A DNA stretch of 63,848 bases, filler included, from Octopus bimaculoides (GCF_001194135.2; 7 parts of 7 records of this genome joined end to end with filler, not necessarily neighbours in it); one strand, 5' to 3'; numbered from the whole stretch's first letter, positions 1 to 11,738 are shown. The notes: generated by a model not told the origin, from the letters alone. Made by a program: numbers and translations.

Positions 1-299
1 GGCTATATGTATGTATATACATATATACATGTATATATATATATGTGTGTGTGTGTGTACATGTGTGTGTGTGTACATGTGTGTGTATGTATATATACGT
101 GCATATGTATATACAAATATATATGAGTGTGTGTGTGTTTGTGTATATATGTATACATAAGTACATGTATATGCGCGTGCGTGTGACTATGTGTAAGTGC
201 GAGTGCTCCCGCACATATGTGTGTGCGTATGCATGTATATGTATATGTATGAATGTATATGCACACATGTATATGTACGTGTGTGCGAACGTACGTATG

Positions 300-1200
300 C
301 CATTATATATTCTTTCCTCCCCTCTTTTTCCTACCTTTCACACTAACTTATCACATACGTCTATTTATAGAAATTTTGACATCCTTGTATTCTTCCCTTC
401 GTTTTAAATTTTACTACTAAAACTACTACTTACTTTGGTATTACCCCACCCATACCTTTTCTCTACTCATCCCTTAATACAGCCCTATCATATCAACCCT
501 ACCCACATGTCTCACACTCCTCATTCTGATCCTCACATATCTCACACTCTTTACCTTCTCATTTCTTATCCCTCCCTGCCCCACTCCTCTCCCATCTTCC
601 CGTCACATTATCTTGACCACCAACTAACACTTCTTTTTTCACCTCTTTCGCCCTTTCTTCGTTGTTTTCTTTCACTCTTTTCACTTTTTTCTTCTCTCCC
701 TCTTCTTTTTTCTCTCTTTTTATCATCATTACTCTTTTATCCTTTTTTCTTTTTTCTCTCTTTCTTCCTCTCATTTTCCCTTCCTCTCTTTATTTTGACT
801 TATCTCCTCATTCTAATCATACGCATCTCCTCCCTACTCAATCTATCCACAAACACTACCAATACATTCTCAAATTATCATTCACACCACAAAGGCCTTT
901 CGAATGGGCAACACAACATCCACGGCTCCATACTTTGAAATGACTAAACACAAGCTACTATCGGAACTTACATACCATGTACAAGAAACTTTTTTACCAC
1001 TTCTATACACCACTTTACTCGAATAATGGAACTGCAACTACAATATTTTATATGTTATTTCTACTTTCATTCTCTTATTTTCCTCTATTTAACCATCTCA
1101 CATTGTCTCTGATGAAGGGATATCTATAATATCCCAGAAACAGCTGTAAGACTATATCTCTTTCCTTATAAATGTCCTGAAAACTCCTCACAGCCTTGGC
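300..1200 (+). mobile_element. Degenerate 3' end of a Penelope-like element (C/T-rich tract, possible GIY-YIG C-terminal remnant, terminal hammerhead)
   Basis: Pyrimidine-rich tract. The frameshifted remnant YILKLSFTPQ/GLSN at ~860-905 resembles the I..L.T..P.GLN end of GIY-YIG domains. It ends in a hammerhead motif, an established feature of PLE termini. Confidence 0.45.
1105..1152 (+). ncRNA. Minimal type I hammerhead ribozyme
   Basis: GTCT(1105-08)-CTGATGA(1109-15)-A-GGGATA/TATCCC stem II-A-GAAAC-AGCT-GTA^-AGAC(1149-52). 4-bp stem I and palindromic stem III ACAGCTGT. Confidence 0.8.
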
Positions 1201-1291
1201 TTTGTTATCTGTTTTTGGAAACACACTTTGAACACCTATAAAGGTAATATTTATTAGAAAGATAACTCAAATTTGCCCATAAGAATAAATG

Positions 1292-1564
1292 ATGGCATCA
1301 AGACTTAGCTTTGAACAAAGGAAATTCATCCTAAAATGCTATTAGAGGTATGAAAACACAGTTGAAATCCAAAGACAGTATAAAAGACAATTTCAATGCG
1401 TAGCCATCTCTCGAATCATTGAATTGAGAGAACAAGAACAAGAATGCACTCAAATACCTAATGAAATGTTTCTTACTGTTATTAATTCTATTACTTCCCG
1501 TTGTCAACAATGTTTGGATCAGGATGGACATCAATTTGGAAACAGACGACAGCAAAATACTTAA
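1292..1564 (+). mobile_element. Internally deleted Tc1/mariner-like (DUF4817-type) transposase remnant
   Basis: MASRLSFEQRKFILKCY*RYENTVEIQRQYKRQF fused directly to C-terminal ...NSITSRCQQCLDQDGHQFG. Both are typical termini of this transposase group. Confidence 0.7.
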
Positions 1565-1749
1565 AAAATTGAATTAAAATGGATTCTGCTTGATATAAAT
1601 TATTTAACTTGTGCAACCATTCTTTTGGTGTTTAAATGCGTTTCAGCTATATCTGTTGATCATATGACTTTTAAAAAATACTATGTATACTAATAAATAT
1701 TGCCTTTATAGGTATTCAAAGTATGCATACATTTTACTGAGAGACCGTG

Positions 1750-2005
1750 TATGTATGTATGTATATATGTATATATATATATATATATAAAATAAATAAT
1801 AAATGAGTATATGCATATATACGTACAGGTATGTGCATAGCTACGTCTACCTGTATATATAGGTGCATATCTGGGTACAGGACATTGCAAACAAAACGGA
1901 GACAAGAAAATAATAATAACCAGAGTACAGAAAACACACAAGCCACATAGAGAACATTTTCCTTCATCAGCTATCCCCATTTTAACACCGGCGTTTCGAA
2001 GAGAT
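1750..2005 (-). mobile_element. Short hammerhead-bearing dispersed repeat, copy 1 (family also at ~35675-35880 and ~61281-61427)
   Basis: Shares CGAAACG..CTGA(T/C)GAAGGA..GTCCTGTACCC.GATATGCA with the other two copies. Flanked by (TA/TG)n microsatellites. Confidence 0.8.
1873..2001 (-). ncRNA. Rearranged (C-B-A order) hammerhead-like motif
   Basis: Minus strand: CTTC-GAAA-CG (2001-1992), GGGGATAG-CTGATGA (1978-1964), T-GTC^CTGTACCC (1884-1873). Stem I 7/8 pairs, stem III 3 bp, weak stem II. Confidence 0.5.
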
Positions 2006-2098
2006 ACATATGAGTGTGTGTGTGTTTGTGTATATATGTATGTGAGTGTGTGTGTGTATATATATGTATATGTATGTATGTATATGTGTATGTGTGTG

Positions 2099-2146
<48 letters not shown>

Positions 2147-2794
2147 CGCGTGTGCGTGAGCAGACATACATACGAACGTACGTATGTATGAATGAATGAA
2201 CGATTGAATGAATGAATGAATGAATGAATGAATGAATCTAATAAAAAGAATTAAAATAGTCTCAACTTTCCTGTTTCTGTTTAAATCACGCCTATTCAGG
2301 TGTACAAGTGCGCCTGACTTTCCTAGTCCAGAAAATGCTAGTAGTTGAAACGGTTTAAAACTTAGGCACAAGGACAGAGGAAAAGTTAGGGAACGATTAT
2401 ATCTCCTTCAGTATTTGGCTAATATTTAATTTTTGTTTTCACGCCCAGAAGAAAGACTGGTCAAGATTAAGGAGAGTCTTTTGTCAGGCAATATTTAACC
2501 ATGCCTCTGCACACATTTGAACAGGTTTTGGCAAGAGTTATTTTATTTTAGGATGACTAGTCGTTGTCACTATGTGTAAATCTTACCACTCCTTATCCAA
2601 AAGGAAAAACCTCCGACTTGGGCCGATGCAGCTCGGTGTAAGTGTCGTTGTTAGGACGCAAAACCTCCTGATACTGGAAGCATCTCGCCCTGCCCTATAA
2701 CAGTTCCAGTAAATAACACTTTTATATCGCCTCCGAAAGAATGAAAGCCAAAACTGATCTCGGTAAAATATGAACTCAACTCAGAACATAGTGA

Positions 2795-2935
2795 TCCCCA
2801 ACCACTATCGGTTTATTTGCGTCCCCGTAACTTAGCAGTTCTGCAAAAGACATAGACTAAATAAGTACTGGGGACAATTTATTCCACTTAAACCGTCAAC
2901 CTGTTAACGGTGTAATGACAGAAACAAGTAATATA
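2795..2935 (+). mobile_element. SINE family 3, 3' fragment
   Basis: ggtttatttgcgtccccgtaacttagcagttctgcaaaaga...aataagtactggggacaatt matches the 3' half of the copies at 38043-38483 and 11362-11738. Confidence 0.6.
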
Positions 2936-3130
2936 TATNNNNNNNNNNNNNNNNNNNNNNNNNNNNNNNNNNNNNNNNNNNNNNNNNNNNNNNNNNNNNN
3001 NNNNNNNNNNNNNNNNNNNNNNNNNNNNNNNNNNNNNNNNNNNNNNNNNNNNNNNNNNNNNNNNNNNNNNNNNNNTATCACTAATTCTTCACAAGAAAAC
3101 TTTTTTTGCGGGCACCGTCAGTTAGGAAGC

Positions 3131-3238
3131 GTTCAGTCTTATCGTTATAGGTGCGAAACTGAATATTACCATTTGGTCGATAACTGATGAAGAATTACGG
3201 ACCTTCTGCTTGTCTCCCGTTCGTTTTTACATTCAGTA
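3131..3238 (+). ncRNA. Non-circularly permuted hammerhead ribozyme candidate in a 100-nt tandem unit
   Basis: GTTCA-GTC^-TTATCG (3131-44), GC-GAAA-CTGAAT (3153-64), CGATAA-CTGATGA (3178-90), then a second ATTCA-GTA at 3231-38. Stem I 6/6 bp, stem III 7 bp, stem II mostly 1 G-C pair. Confidence 0.7.
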
Positions 3239-3305
3239 TACGTTATGTCGTTTATTTATACATTTTTTTTTCATTCATATATGTATAAACATATGTGTAT
3301 ATATA

Positions 3306-4480
3306 GGGTCATCCCATAAATAATGGGGTTTTTTTTTCAATTGCATGAACTAAAAGTCGGAGAGGAACGGGATAGACGACCTGCATCTACTTTCTATAAA
3401 AGCACGTAGTAATTTTACCTTGTCCTTATCAGTAGTGCAGTTCGATTTTAACAGTTATCTTTTCAAAGCTATAATGGAAGTGACAAAGGAGCATGTTCGG
3501 CATATTTTGCTTCATGAATTCAATAAAGGCAACAACGCAATGGAAAGTGCGAGGAATATTAATACAGTATATGGGGATCAGACAATATGTGTAAGCCAGT
3601 GTCAACGGTGGTCCCAGAAATTCTGAGCCAGAAACTTCAGACTAGAAGACGAGCCTCGTCCTTGATCTACAGAGCTCAACGAGGACGTCCTGCAAACCCT
3701 GGTAGAAAAAAATCCCATCGCAACTGTTGAGGAACTAGCAGAGAAGCTTGGATTTGGTCATTCAACCATTCATCGACACCTGCGTGCCATCGGAAAAGTC
3801 AGCAAATTGGGTCAATGGGTCCCACACAGACTTGCCGAGTCTAATCGCGCGCAGAGTGAATATGTATTCTTCTTTGCTGTCACGTCTCACAAATGAACCT
3901 TTTTTGGACCGAATAGTGACTGGTGACGAGAAATGGGTTCTCTATAGAAATGTCAAGTAGCGAAAACAGTGGGTAGGGAAAGGAGAAATAGCGGTAACTC
4001 AGGATAAAGAATGTCTCCACCCATGTAAGGTGTTGTTATCTGTTTGGTGGGATATGAAAGGTTTAGTCCACTTTGAACTAGTCTACGTTGAAACCCAAAC
4101 CAAACGATAACAAAAGAGATCAACTGCGAGCAGCTTGAGCGGCTTACATCAACGCTAGAAGAAAAACGATCATATTTGCTTTCAAGACGAAAGGTGTTCT
4201 TCCGTCAAGATAATACTCAGCCACATACAGCGAGATGACAGTCCAAAGGCTGGAGCAGTTTACATGGGAAGCGATACCCCACCTACCATATTCGCCGGAC
4301 ATTGTCCCATCTAATTGTCATTTATTCGCAGTTTTAAAAATTATTTGGACGGAAAAATATGAATTCTGTAGACGAGGTCAGAACAGTAATGGAAGAGTAT
4401 TTTTCATGATGGACAGGTGAATTTTGGAAGCGGGGCCTTGCAAGTTTACCAGATAGATGGAAGAGAATTGTAGAAAATGA
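3306..4480 (+). mobile_element. Mariner (DD34D) transposon fossil, right end truncated
   Basis: TA then GGGTCATCCCATAAATAAT left end. Broken transposase from ATG 3474: MEVTKEHVRHILLHEFNKG, WVPH, FLDRIVTGDEKWVLY, QDNTQPH, PYSPDIVPSNCHLF, GLASLPDRW. Multiple stops and frameshifts. Confidence 0.95.
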
Positions 4481-4560
4481 CCTTTCTAAAGGGGCGATGG
4501 TGCCCTTGTATTGTTGAAATGCTTAAGTGAACGTAACCAACATTTAATATTTACAACACA

Positions 4561-4752
4561 AACGGTGGCAAGTTGGCAGGATCGTTAGCACGCCGGGCAA
4601 AATGCTTAGCGGTATGTCGTTTTGAGTTCAAATTCCATCGAGGCTGACTTGGCGTCTCATCCTTTCGAGGCCGACGAAATAAGTACCAACTGGTACTTAT
4701 TTCGAAGTAATCGACTTACACTTTACCCGAACTTGCTGGCTTTGAGCCAAAT
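4561..4752 (+). mobile_element. tRNA-derived SINE family 1
   Basis: ggtggcaagttggcaggatcgttagcacgccgggc...gagttcaaattcc A/B-box head. Homologous to 5551-5760, 27052-27255, 50645-50835. Confidence 0.85.
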
Positions 4753-4936
4753 TTTGAAATTAATACTTATAACACAGTAACAAAGAAAGAAAGAAAGAAA
4801 AAAATACTCTACTTCGGCGGATTTGATCTCGCAAGAATTCAAGGAATACAGTGCAGCGCTCTACAAATTCCACCCGTTCATCGTGCTTTCTGCGGAATGG
4901 CAATATGGACAGGGTGAATGGAGAAGATATACTCAC

Positions 4937-5118
4937 ATTTGTCAAATGACAATTCTCAATATCTGTAGAAACGTGAACCACTGGGTCTTGAGTTGCATGT
5001 CTTGATAAACAAATTTTATCATAGGAATAAACGTATTTGCTGGTGACAAAAGTATCGCCGAAATACACAGTCATATTAGCAGACGTGGTATTCGGGTAAC
5101 TAAAGAAGATTCTAACAC
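4937..5118 (-). CDS. Host gene exon E (182 bp, phase 1 to 0): (G)VRIFFSYPNTTSANMTVYFGDTFVTSKYVYSYDKICLSRHATQDPVVHVSTDIENCHLTN
   Basis: Acceptor tgttcttttattttttccaacAG, donor GTGAGT. Open frame, phase-compatible with exon D, N-glycosylation sequons NTT and NMT. Confidence 0.8.
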
Positions 5119-5309
5119 CTGTTGGAAAAAATAAAAGAACAATGTAGACACACAAAGGAGTAAGAATTTGAAGTTCAGTCGATGATGACAGATAGCAAGT
5201 AGAAAGGTGAAGGATGTGTAATTGGTGATGTAATAGCAATGAAGACAGTACTAGGTTTGGCATAGATAGTGATTATAATAATAAGTAATAATGACCTGAA
5301 GAATATTCT

Positions 5310-5493
5310 AAATGAGCCCCACCTTCAAGGTTATACGCTGTTTATCTTGATATGATACCACAATGTCGCGCACATATGGTTGTTATGCATTTGCCTGGTG
5401 TACCCCTATCAGACGGGTAGTCATGATGGGTATACTGGGCTTCGTATATTTTACACCAGTGTCACTTTGATAGCATGCACTGCTCTCTCACTC
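5310..5493 (+). mobile_element. Unclassified (AAT)n-tailed repeat (family X), copy 1
   Basis: About 150 bp shared with 26080-26221 (gcacatatggttg..gcctggtgtaccc.tatcagac.ggtagtcatgatgg.tatactgggcttcgtatatt..cagtgtcactttgat). Both run directly into (AAT)n. Confidence 0.7.
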
Positions 5494-5531
<38 letters not shown>

Positions 5532-5548
5532 TAATAATAATAATAATT
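5494..5548. repeat. (AAT)n microsatellite
   Basis: Direct reading. Confidence 0.95.
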
Positions 5549-5550
5549 TT

Positions 5551-5760
5551 TTCTACTATAGACAGAAGGCCTGAAATTTTGGGGAAAGGGGCAAGTCGAT
5601 TACATCGACCCCAGTACTTAACTGGCACTTAATTTATCGACCCCGAAAGGATGAAAGGCAAAGTCAACCTCGGTGGAATTTGAACTCAGAACATGAAAAC
5701 AGACGAAATACCGATAAGCATTTCACTCGGCGTGCTAACGCTTCTGGCAGCTCACTGTCT
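5551..5760 (-). mobile_element. tRNA-derived SINE family 1, embedded in (AAT)n
   Basis: Reverse complement of the family-1 consensus, with (AAT)n on both sides. Confidence 0.9.
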
Positions 5761-5762
5761 TT

Positions 5763-5779
5763 ACAATAATAATAATAAC

Positions 5780-5846
<67 letters not shown>
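5763..5846. repeat. (AAT)n microsatellite
   Basis: Direct reading. Confidence 0.95.
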
Positions 5847-5847
<1 letters not shown>

Positions 5848-7500
5848 CTCTAGCCTTCATACCGCTCTCGAAATTGCTCGATGATGTACAGTATGGCTAT
5901 AAAACGCTTGATAAAAATATAAATCATCTCTTTTACATGGATGATTTAAAGCTCGTTGCAAAAATGACCAACAACTACAGAGCTTACTAGTAATTGTTAA
6001 ACAATTCAGAGATGATATCAGGATGCAATTTGGTCTCGATAAATGTGCAAAAGCTACTTTTATCAAAGGTAAAATGACAGAAATATCCAACGTTAATCTT
6101 GATCAGCAGAGTGTCATAAAGGAGTTAAAACCAGCAGAGAGCTACAAATACCTAGGGGTATTTGAAGGTGATGGAACCAAACATTCAATGATGAGGGGGA
6201 GGATCAGAAGAGAATGTAATCGCAGGGTAAGGGCAATACTCAAAACAGAGCTGAATGCTAGAAACAGGATCGAAGTGATCAATACTTTAGCCATACCGGT
6301 CATGACTTACAGTTTCATTATCATTAACGGGTTAATTACTGAAATATATAATCTTGACAGAAAAATACGAAAATTGTTGACAATGCATAGAATCCACCGC
6401 CCTTTGGCAGATATAGAACGACTTTATCTGCCAAGAAAAGAGAGTGGCCGTGGAACTAACATTGAAGATTGCCACAATTGGCCTCAAGACCTACCTGAAT
6501 GACTGGATGTTAAAACTTGTCTCAAAGCATGAAAACAAGAAAGCATCATACTCAGTAACAAAGCAAAGGAATATTTAAGTGAATTCCAAATACAACAAAT
6601 CCCAGAATCAAACGTACTGAAAACAAGCACAGAAAAAGCTAAGCGTATGAAAACCCGTGCTAAAACTGCTGCCTTAGATATTCTGAATGATAACTGTCAA
6701 GAAAAACCTCTCAATGGCAAATACCCGAAGAGAGCTAACAATTCCGATGTTGACAAAGGCCTTATCCATCAATGGTTAGTGTCTTCTGGCTTAAAATCAG
6801 AAACGGAAGGGTTTATCATAGCAACCCCAGATCAATTCTTATTGAATTCCTTCCTATAAGAACTACCAGGCCAATATATTAAAGAACGGCAGCTGCCCAA
6901 CATGTCGTGTATGTAAACAGCAAAATGAAATCATTAATCATATTGTCTCCATATGCAGTCTTCTTGCGCCTACAGAGTATCTCAGCAAACATGATAGAGC
7001 AGCACAGTATATTCACTGGGTAATTTGCAAAAACCTGGACCTGCCCCATGATAAAAACTGGTGGGAACACAAACCACCCCCAGTGCTTAAAAATGATCAC
7101 ATCTCATTCCTCTGCAACATTACCGTTCAAACTGACAGAAAGATTGATGAGAAGAGGCCAGACATCATATTGATAGACTTCCAACAAAAACCATGCCTCC
7201 TCATTGATATGACTGTCCCAATCATCATAAATGTATCTGTCAAGACCTACCAAAAACTGAGCAAGTATAAAGATCTTGAAATAGAAATTGGCAAAATGTA
7301 GAAACTGAAGACTAAAACAATACATGTTGTCATAGTTGCCCTAGGAATGATAGCAAAAGGGGCTGGTTGCTACCTAACTCAGATACCAGGAAACCCCAAA
7401 ATGGCAGAAATTCAAAAGATAGTGATCATGAGAACTGCCCATATCCTACGTAAAATACAGTCTATCTAATCTCAAATTTTAAAACAAACTTATAATTTTC
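5847..7500 (+). mobile_element. 5'-truncated RLE-type non-LTR retrotransposon (R4/Dong-like), pseudogenised
   Basis: FYMDDLK, QFGLDKCAKATF, YKYLG, NRIEVINTLAIPVMTYSF, RLYLPRKESGRG, LKSETEGFIIA, C..C...HI.S.C zinc knuckle, RPDIILID..C.LIDMTVP restriction-like endonuclease. Starts directly after (AAT)n. Confidence 0.9.
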
Positions 7501-9080
7501 CCGACCGTCAGGTGCTCTTCAGCAGGCGCCTCTCCCCTATTCAACACCTTTGGTTTACAAATGAAAGTTCATAGTAGGCCCATTCACATGGCTCATCCTC
7601 ACCACTTTCACCCAACTTTCAAAAATTTTCCGGGGCGGGAGGACATAACTTCCTTCTCTACCCTCACTTTTCTTTTCAAGTGGAACTTGAAAAAGTCGAT
7701 GAGGGGTTGGCTGAAGAGGAAAGTATCTGTCTTCAGTCCTTTCAATCTCGCCCACCACACTGCCTCCTTCGCCATAGCCACCAGAAAGAGGCGGCGGGGC
7801 GATCTTCGCGATGAACTCGGCTGATAACCGGATCCGTTCTACGCGCGTCAACGGCTGTTCGACAAAGCTCCACAAGTCAGTAATGAACGGATTCTGGACG
7901 AGTGCATGCATAACGGTTTTACCACCCTGTGCGCACCTCTCACAAGTCCCTCTGAACGCACCTCCATGTCTATAGAGCTTGTCTCGAACCGGCAGAATTA
8001 TCCAAAGGCCACAGCTCGAAAGTTCTCCGGAAAAGATCAGTTAACTGATCCCTCCCGACGCTCAGACTTTCTCCGAGGATGTTGTCGCTCTATCTCACCG
8101 CTAATTCCCTATAGAACTCCATAGTGGAACTACCACCGACCGCGTTGCCCGCTGTGAGCGTTTGCCGGTACACCAGGTGTCAAGCGCCCTTTCATGGTCT
8201 GCTCTTGATCCAAGACTGTAGCTCCGACAATGAGATGAACTGTGGAAATCCTGTGTGAGAAACGGCGTCTACTTATGCTCACCCTTAAGAAAACACTGAA
8301 GATGTTGCAGCCTCAGCGCGTGTCTGTGCATCATTAGACACGGTATACCCAGTCTTCCACTCTGCAGTTGTTGACAGCAAATGGACCGTCTGACGAGCTG
8401 AACACGTCCCTTCCATAGAAAGGGGAAGAGCAAGGGCTCCAGTTTGATCAGCCACGAAGCAGGGCAAGGTACGATGGTCAGTGGGTGGTAGATGACGGAA
8501 GAGACGTACGCATTCTTCACCTCCGCCCGACCCTTAAGGGACAGCTTCCTCCCTGCCCATTTCTGGTTAAGACTGGCATCCCTGTTCATCACCCCACCCC
8601 CAGTTCTTGTTCACTTGGAGGTCCGGACCAAACTAGACCCCCAGTAATTTAACCAGCCCTTCTGTCCAGCGCCCAACAACGCTGTCGGTTGACATGGATC
8701 TGCTTTTCCAGATGCCGAGCTGCAGACCCACTGACTTGTCCTGATTCATTCTTGCTCCTGTCATCGCTTCGTATTTCTTTAAGGTAGTGTCGATCACCTC
8801 GATTTCCGAGTTGTCTGACGCTAATATGGTGACGTCGTCCGCATAAGCCGACATGAACCTTCTGCATCTTAGATCACTCGGGATTCCCTTCGAAATAGCC
8901 GACTTCCTTAGTAATAGCTTGAGAGCCAGTACGTGCAGAAGGGGAGAGAGCGGGCACCATTGATAGACCGAACGATCGATGCTAAACGATTCCGATAAGT
9001 GACCGTTTACTTTGACCACAGAACAGATGTCTCTGCATATTGCAACGATCTAGCCTCTTAAAACGGGACCGAAACCGTGA
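7501..9080 (-). mobile_element. Tx1-like (L1 group) LINE RT/C-terminal fragment
   Basis: VKVNGHLSESFSI.RSV.Q.CPLSPLL.VLAL, SAYADDVTIL, YEAMTGARMNQDKSVGL, KWAGRKLSLKGRAEV, LFPFLWKG. Stops and frameshifts. Confidence 0.9.
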
Positions 9081-9783
9081 AGACTGCCTTCAAGTTGTCT
9101 GCTTGATCCGTTTTGCTTTTTTCGTGGCAGTAGTTTCAGGTTCTTCATCTAATTCAGAATTAATACCAAGTTCCCTTGCAAATTTGCTAACTTCTTTGAC
9201 AATAGAATGTGACTTTTTGCTGATTTCGTGAACACAAGCCGAAGCATCCAGTTCTCCGTAGTAGATAAGTACTTGTTCATTGCTATTGTGGAGTTCTACC
9301 TGCATCATTCCTCTTCCTCCATTACGTCTAGGTAGGTACAGATGATCAACGTCTGCTTTTGGTTAGTGCATGTTCTTAGATGTTAGTAGTTTTCTTGTCT
9401 TCCTGTCCAGGCGTTGAAGCTCTGTAATAGTCCAGTTAATGATGTTAAAACTGTATTGGACAACTGGAAGCGCCATATTAATGATTTCGATGTGACTTTT
9501 GGAGTTGAGTTCAGTTTTAGTATGAGTTGTATGTATTCTCCTTTAGTATGTTTTCCTATATAATTGCATGTTGTATACTATTTCCTTCGTTTATACCCAG
9601 GTATTTATAGCTTTCTTGTGGGTCAAGCTCCTTGATGGTAGTGTCGGTATCTAATTTAATGGGAGCTGTTTACTCAAGCATGCCTCTTACAAAAGTTGCT
9701 TTAGCATACTTATCAAGGCCAAAATCCATCCCAATGTCATTGCTGAACTCTTTAACAGTTGTTAACAGCCCTACTGGCCCTTC
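9080..9783 (-). mobile_element. R4/Dong-like LINE RT fragment
   Basis: LLTTVKEFSNDIGMDFGLDKYAKATF, IKELDPQESYKYLGINEG, RLHLPRRNGGRGMMQVEL. The 5' end abuts the (AAC/AAT)n array. Confidence 0.9.
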
Positions 9784-9855
9784 GTTGTTATTATTATTAT
9801 TGTTGTTGTTGTTGTTGCTGTTGTTGTTGTTGTTGTTGTTGTTGTTGCTGTTGCT

Positions 9856-9915
<60 letters not shown>
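9784..9915. repeat. (TTG)n/(TTA)n microsatellite
   Basis: Direct reading. Confidence 0.95.
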
Positions 9916-9918
<3 letters not shown>

Positions 9919-10250
9919 TGTGTTTGCACAGCTTCTAACGCTGGAGATGTACTACGGTGCCGGCTGTTCACTACCAGTGAACTAGGGTAACACCCCTTAT
10001 TTTTTGAGCACCACCCGGAGGAATAGAGCGGTTCCAAGCAGTGCTATTTTCTGCGGGCTATCGACTTTTCTTTCTTCCTTATCGCATAACTTGTTGTCAG
10101 CTGGGCATGCTATATCTATGATCCAGCATCATTTGCTTTCTTTGTCAATAATCACTATGTTTGGTTTCCTATTCTCTATCTCATGGTTGCACTGAATCAT
10201 AAAATCCCATAAGATCTTTGCATTATCATTTTCGATTATGCCTTTGGGTT
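9916..10250 (-). mobile_element. R4/Dong-like LINE 3' end (internally deleted) with (AAC)n tail
   Basis: QCNHEIENRKPNIVIIDKESK*CWIIDIACP...QKIALLGTALFLRVVL, then a 3' UTR running into the microsatellite. Confidence 0.8.
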
Positions 10251-11361
10251 TATGTTCGTACCACTTTTTTGCTCTGTCAAGTTCATACTTGTTGCAAAGT
10301 GTCCAATGGACACTCCTTGCTATTATTCTTTCTGGGCAAATGGCGTATATTGACCGGTAATATGACTTACGGTTTCACCATTTTGTCCACAAATTCTGCG
10401 CTTAACACTTTCGTACTTCACGTCGTTATTAGAAGTCCGCTGCCACTACCACCAATAACAGCACAAATACTGAAGCCAGTAAAAATAACAAATTCAGTGT
10501 TGGCGATTGCGCTCAAATACAAGAAATTCATGATCATAGTCGGTTGGTTTAAAAAATACGAAGAGAATACTGAAAAGAACTGGAAGAAATGTTAGACTTA
10601 ACATCCCTAAGACCATTGCGGTAAAAGCGAAACGAAAATCTGTGGTATACAAAACTATAGCCAAGAATAGTAGAAAATCGAGCAGGCGATACAGCAGCAG
10701 ATTGAAAAGTGTTTCAGACTCATCTGGGATCTCAAAGCATGTGTCCAAACGGGTAAGCGACATGACACTATATTGGTGAGTTTCGCTACAGAGAATGAGA
10801 TCAAGAAACATTCAAAATAACCACAAAGAATGAGGAACTGGTTCTCATTCCAATATAGCTTGGCCACCGGGCTGTGAAAATAAAAATTGGAGATGTGCCT
10901 CCAAAAACAAACATCTGCGACGGTGCTGCCGAATGTAGAGAACAAAATCAACATTCTGTCGGTCCAGAGGCTGCAGAAACAAAACTGGTTGGGTAAAGGG
11001 ATGGAGCCGTCCATCCCAGACCTAAATCATCTGCCAGACAACACAAAGCTTCGTCACGGTACCAACAGCAATGACAACAACGGTAATAACGCTTAGGCAG
11101 TTCTAAACACTTCGGTTTGTTCATGCAATAGTTGTGTGAAAACAAACTTTCCTTCAGTTCTAAATACACCGTCAGAATTGTTGTGCCTATCATAACTGCG
11201 AGAAAAATTTAGATGGAAGAATTTTGTAAAACACAGTAGCATTCCTTTGCCCCAATATATAATTCTGGAGAAGGTGAAGAGAAAATTTATATACTTATAT
11301 CTAAACTTGATGAAAGCGGTCTAAATTTCCCTTACATAAACTACTTCAAAAAATCATAGTT

Positions 11362-11738
11362 GCATGCGTGTTTGTGTGGTAGAAAGCTTGCTTTCCATCC
11401 ATAAGATTTCGGATTCAGCCTCACTGAGTGTCTTCTACTTTAGCATCGGGCCCATCAAAGCCTTTGTGAGTGAATTTTGTAGACGGAAGCTGAAAGAAAC
11501 CTGACGCGCGCGTGCACGTGTGTGTGTGTGTGCGTGTGTGTGTGTGCTTTTGTGTCTGTGTTTGTGCCACAACCAGTGTTGGTGTGTTTACGTCCCCGTA
11601 ACTTAGCGCTTCAGTAAAAATAAACGATAAAATAAATATTAGGCTTTAAAAAAATAAGTCCTGGAGTCGATTTATTTGATTAAAACCTTTCAAGGCGGTG
11701 CCCCTAACATAGTCACAGTCTGTTGACTGAAATAGGAT
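11362..11738 (+). mobile_element. SINE family 3 (tRNA head, internal (TG)n)
   Basis: gtgtggtagaaagcttgc..ggattcagcctcactg head, internal (TG)n, ggtgtgtttacgtccccgtaacttagcg..aaggcggtg 3' part. Confidence 0.85.

Noticed and set aside
3-407. Long ORFs rich in VC/HT/YI/LSIY/poly-L, I, N or X throughout the ORF track
   Set aside because: Translations of microsatellites or N runs, with no splice or homology support.
11085-11260. Strong minus-strand acceptors near 11257 and 11197 as extra host exons
   Set aside because: Frames hit stops or lack a convincing donor, and they are not needed to keep exons D and E in frame.
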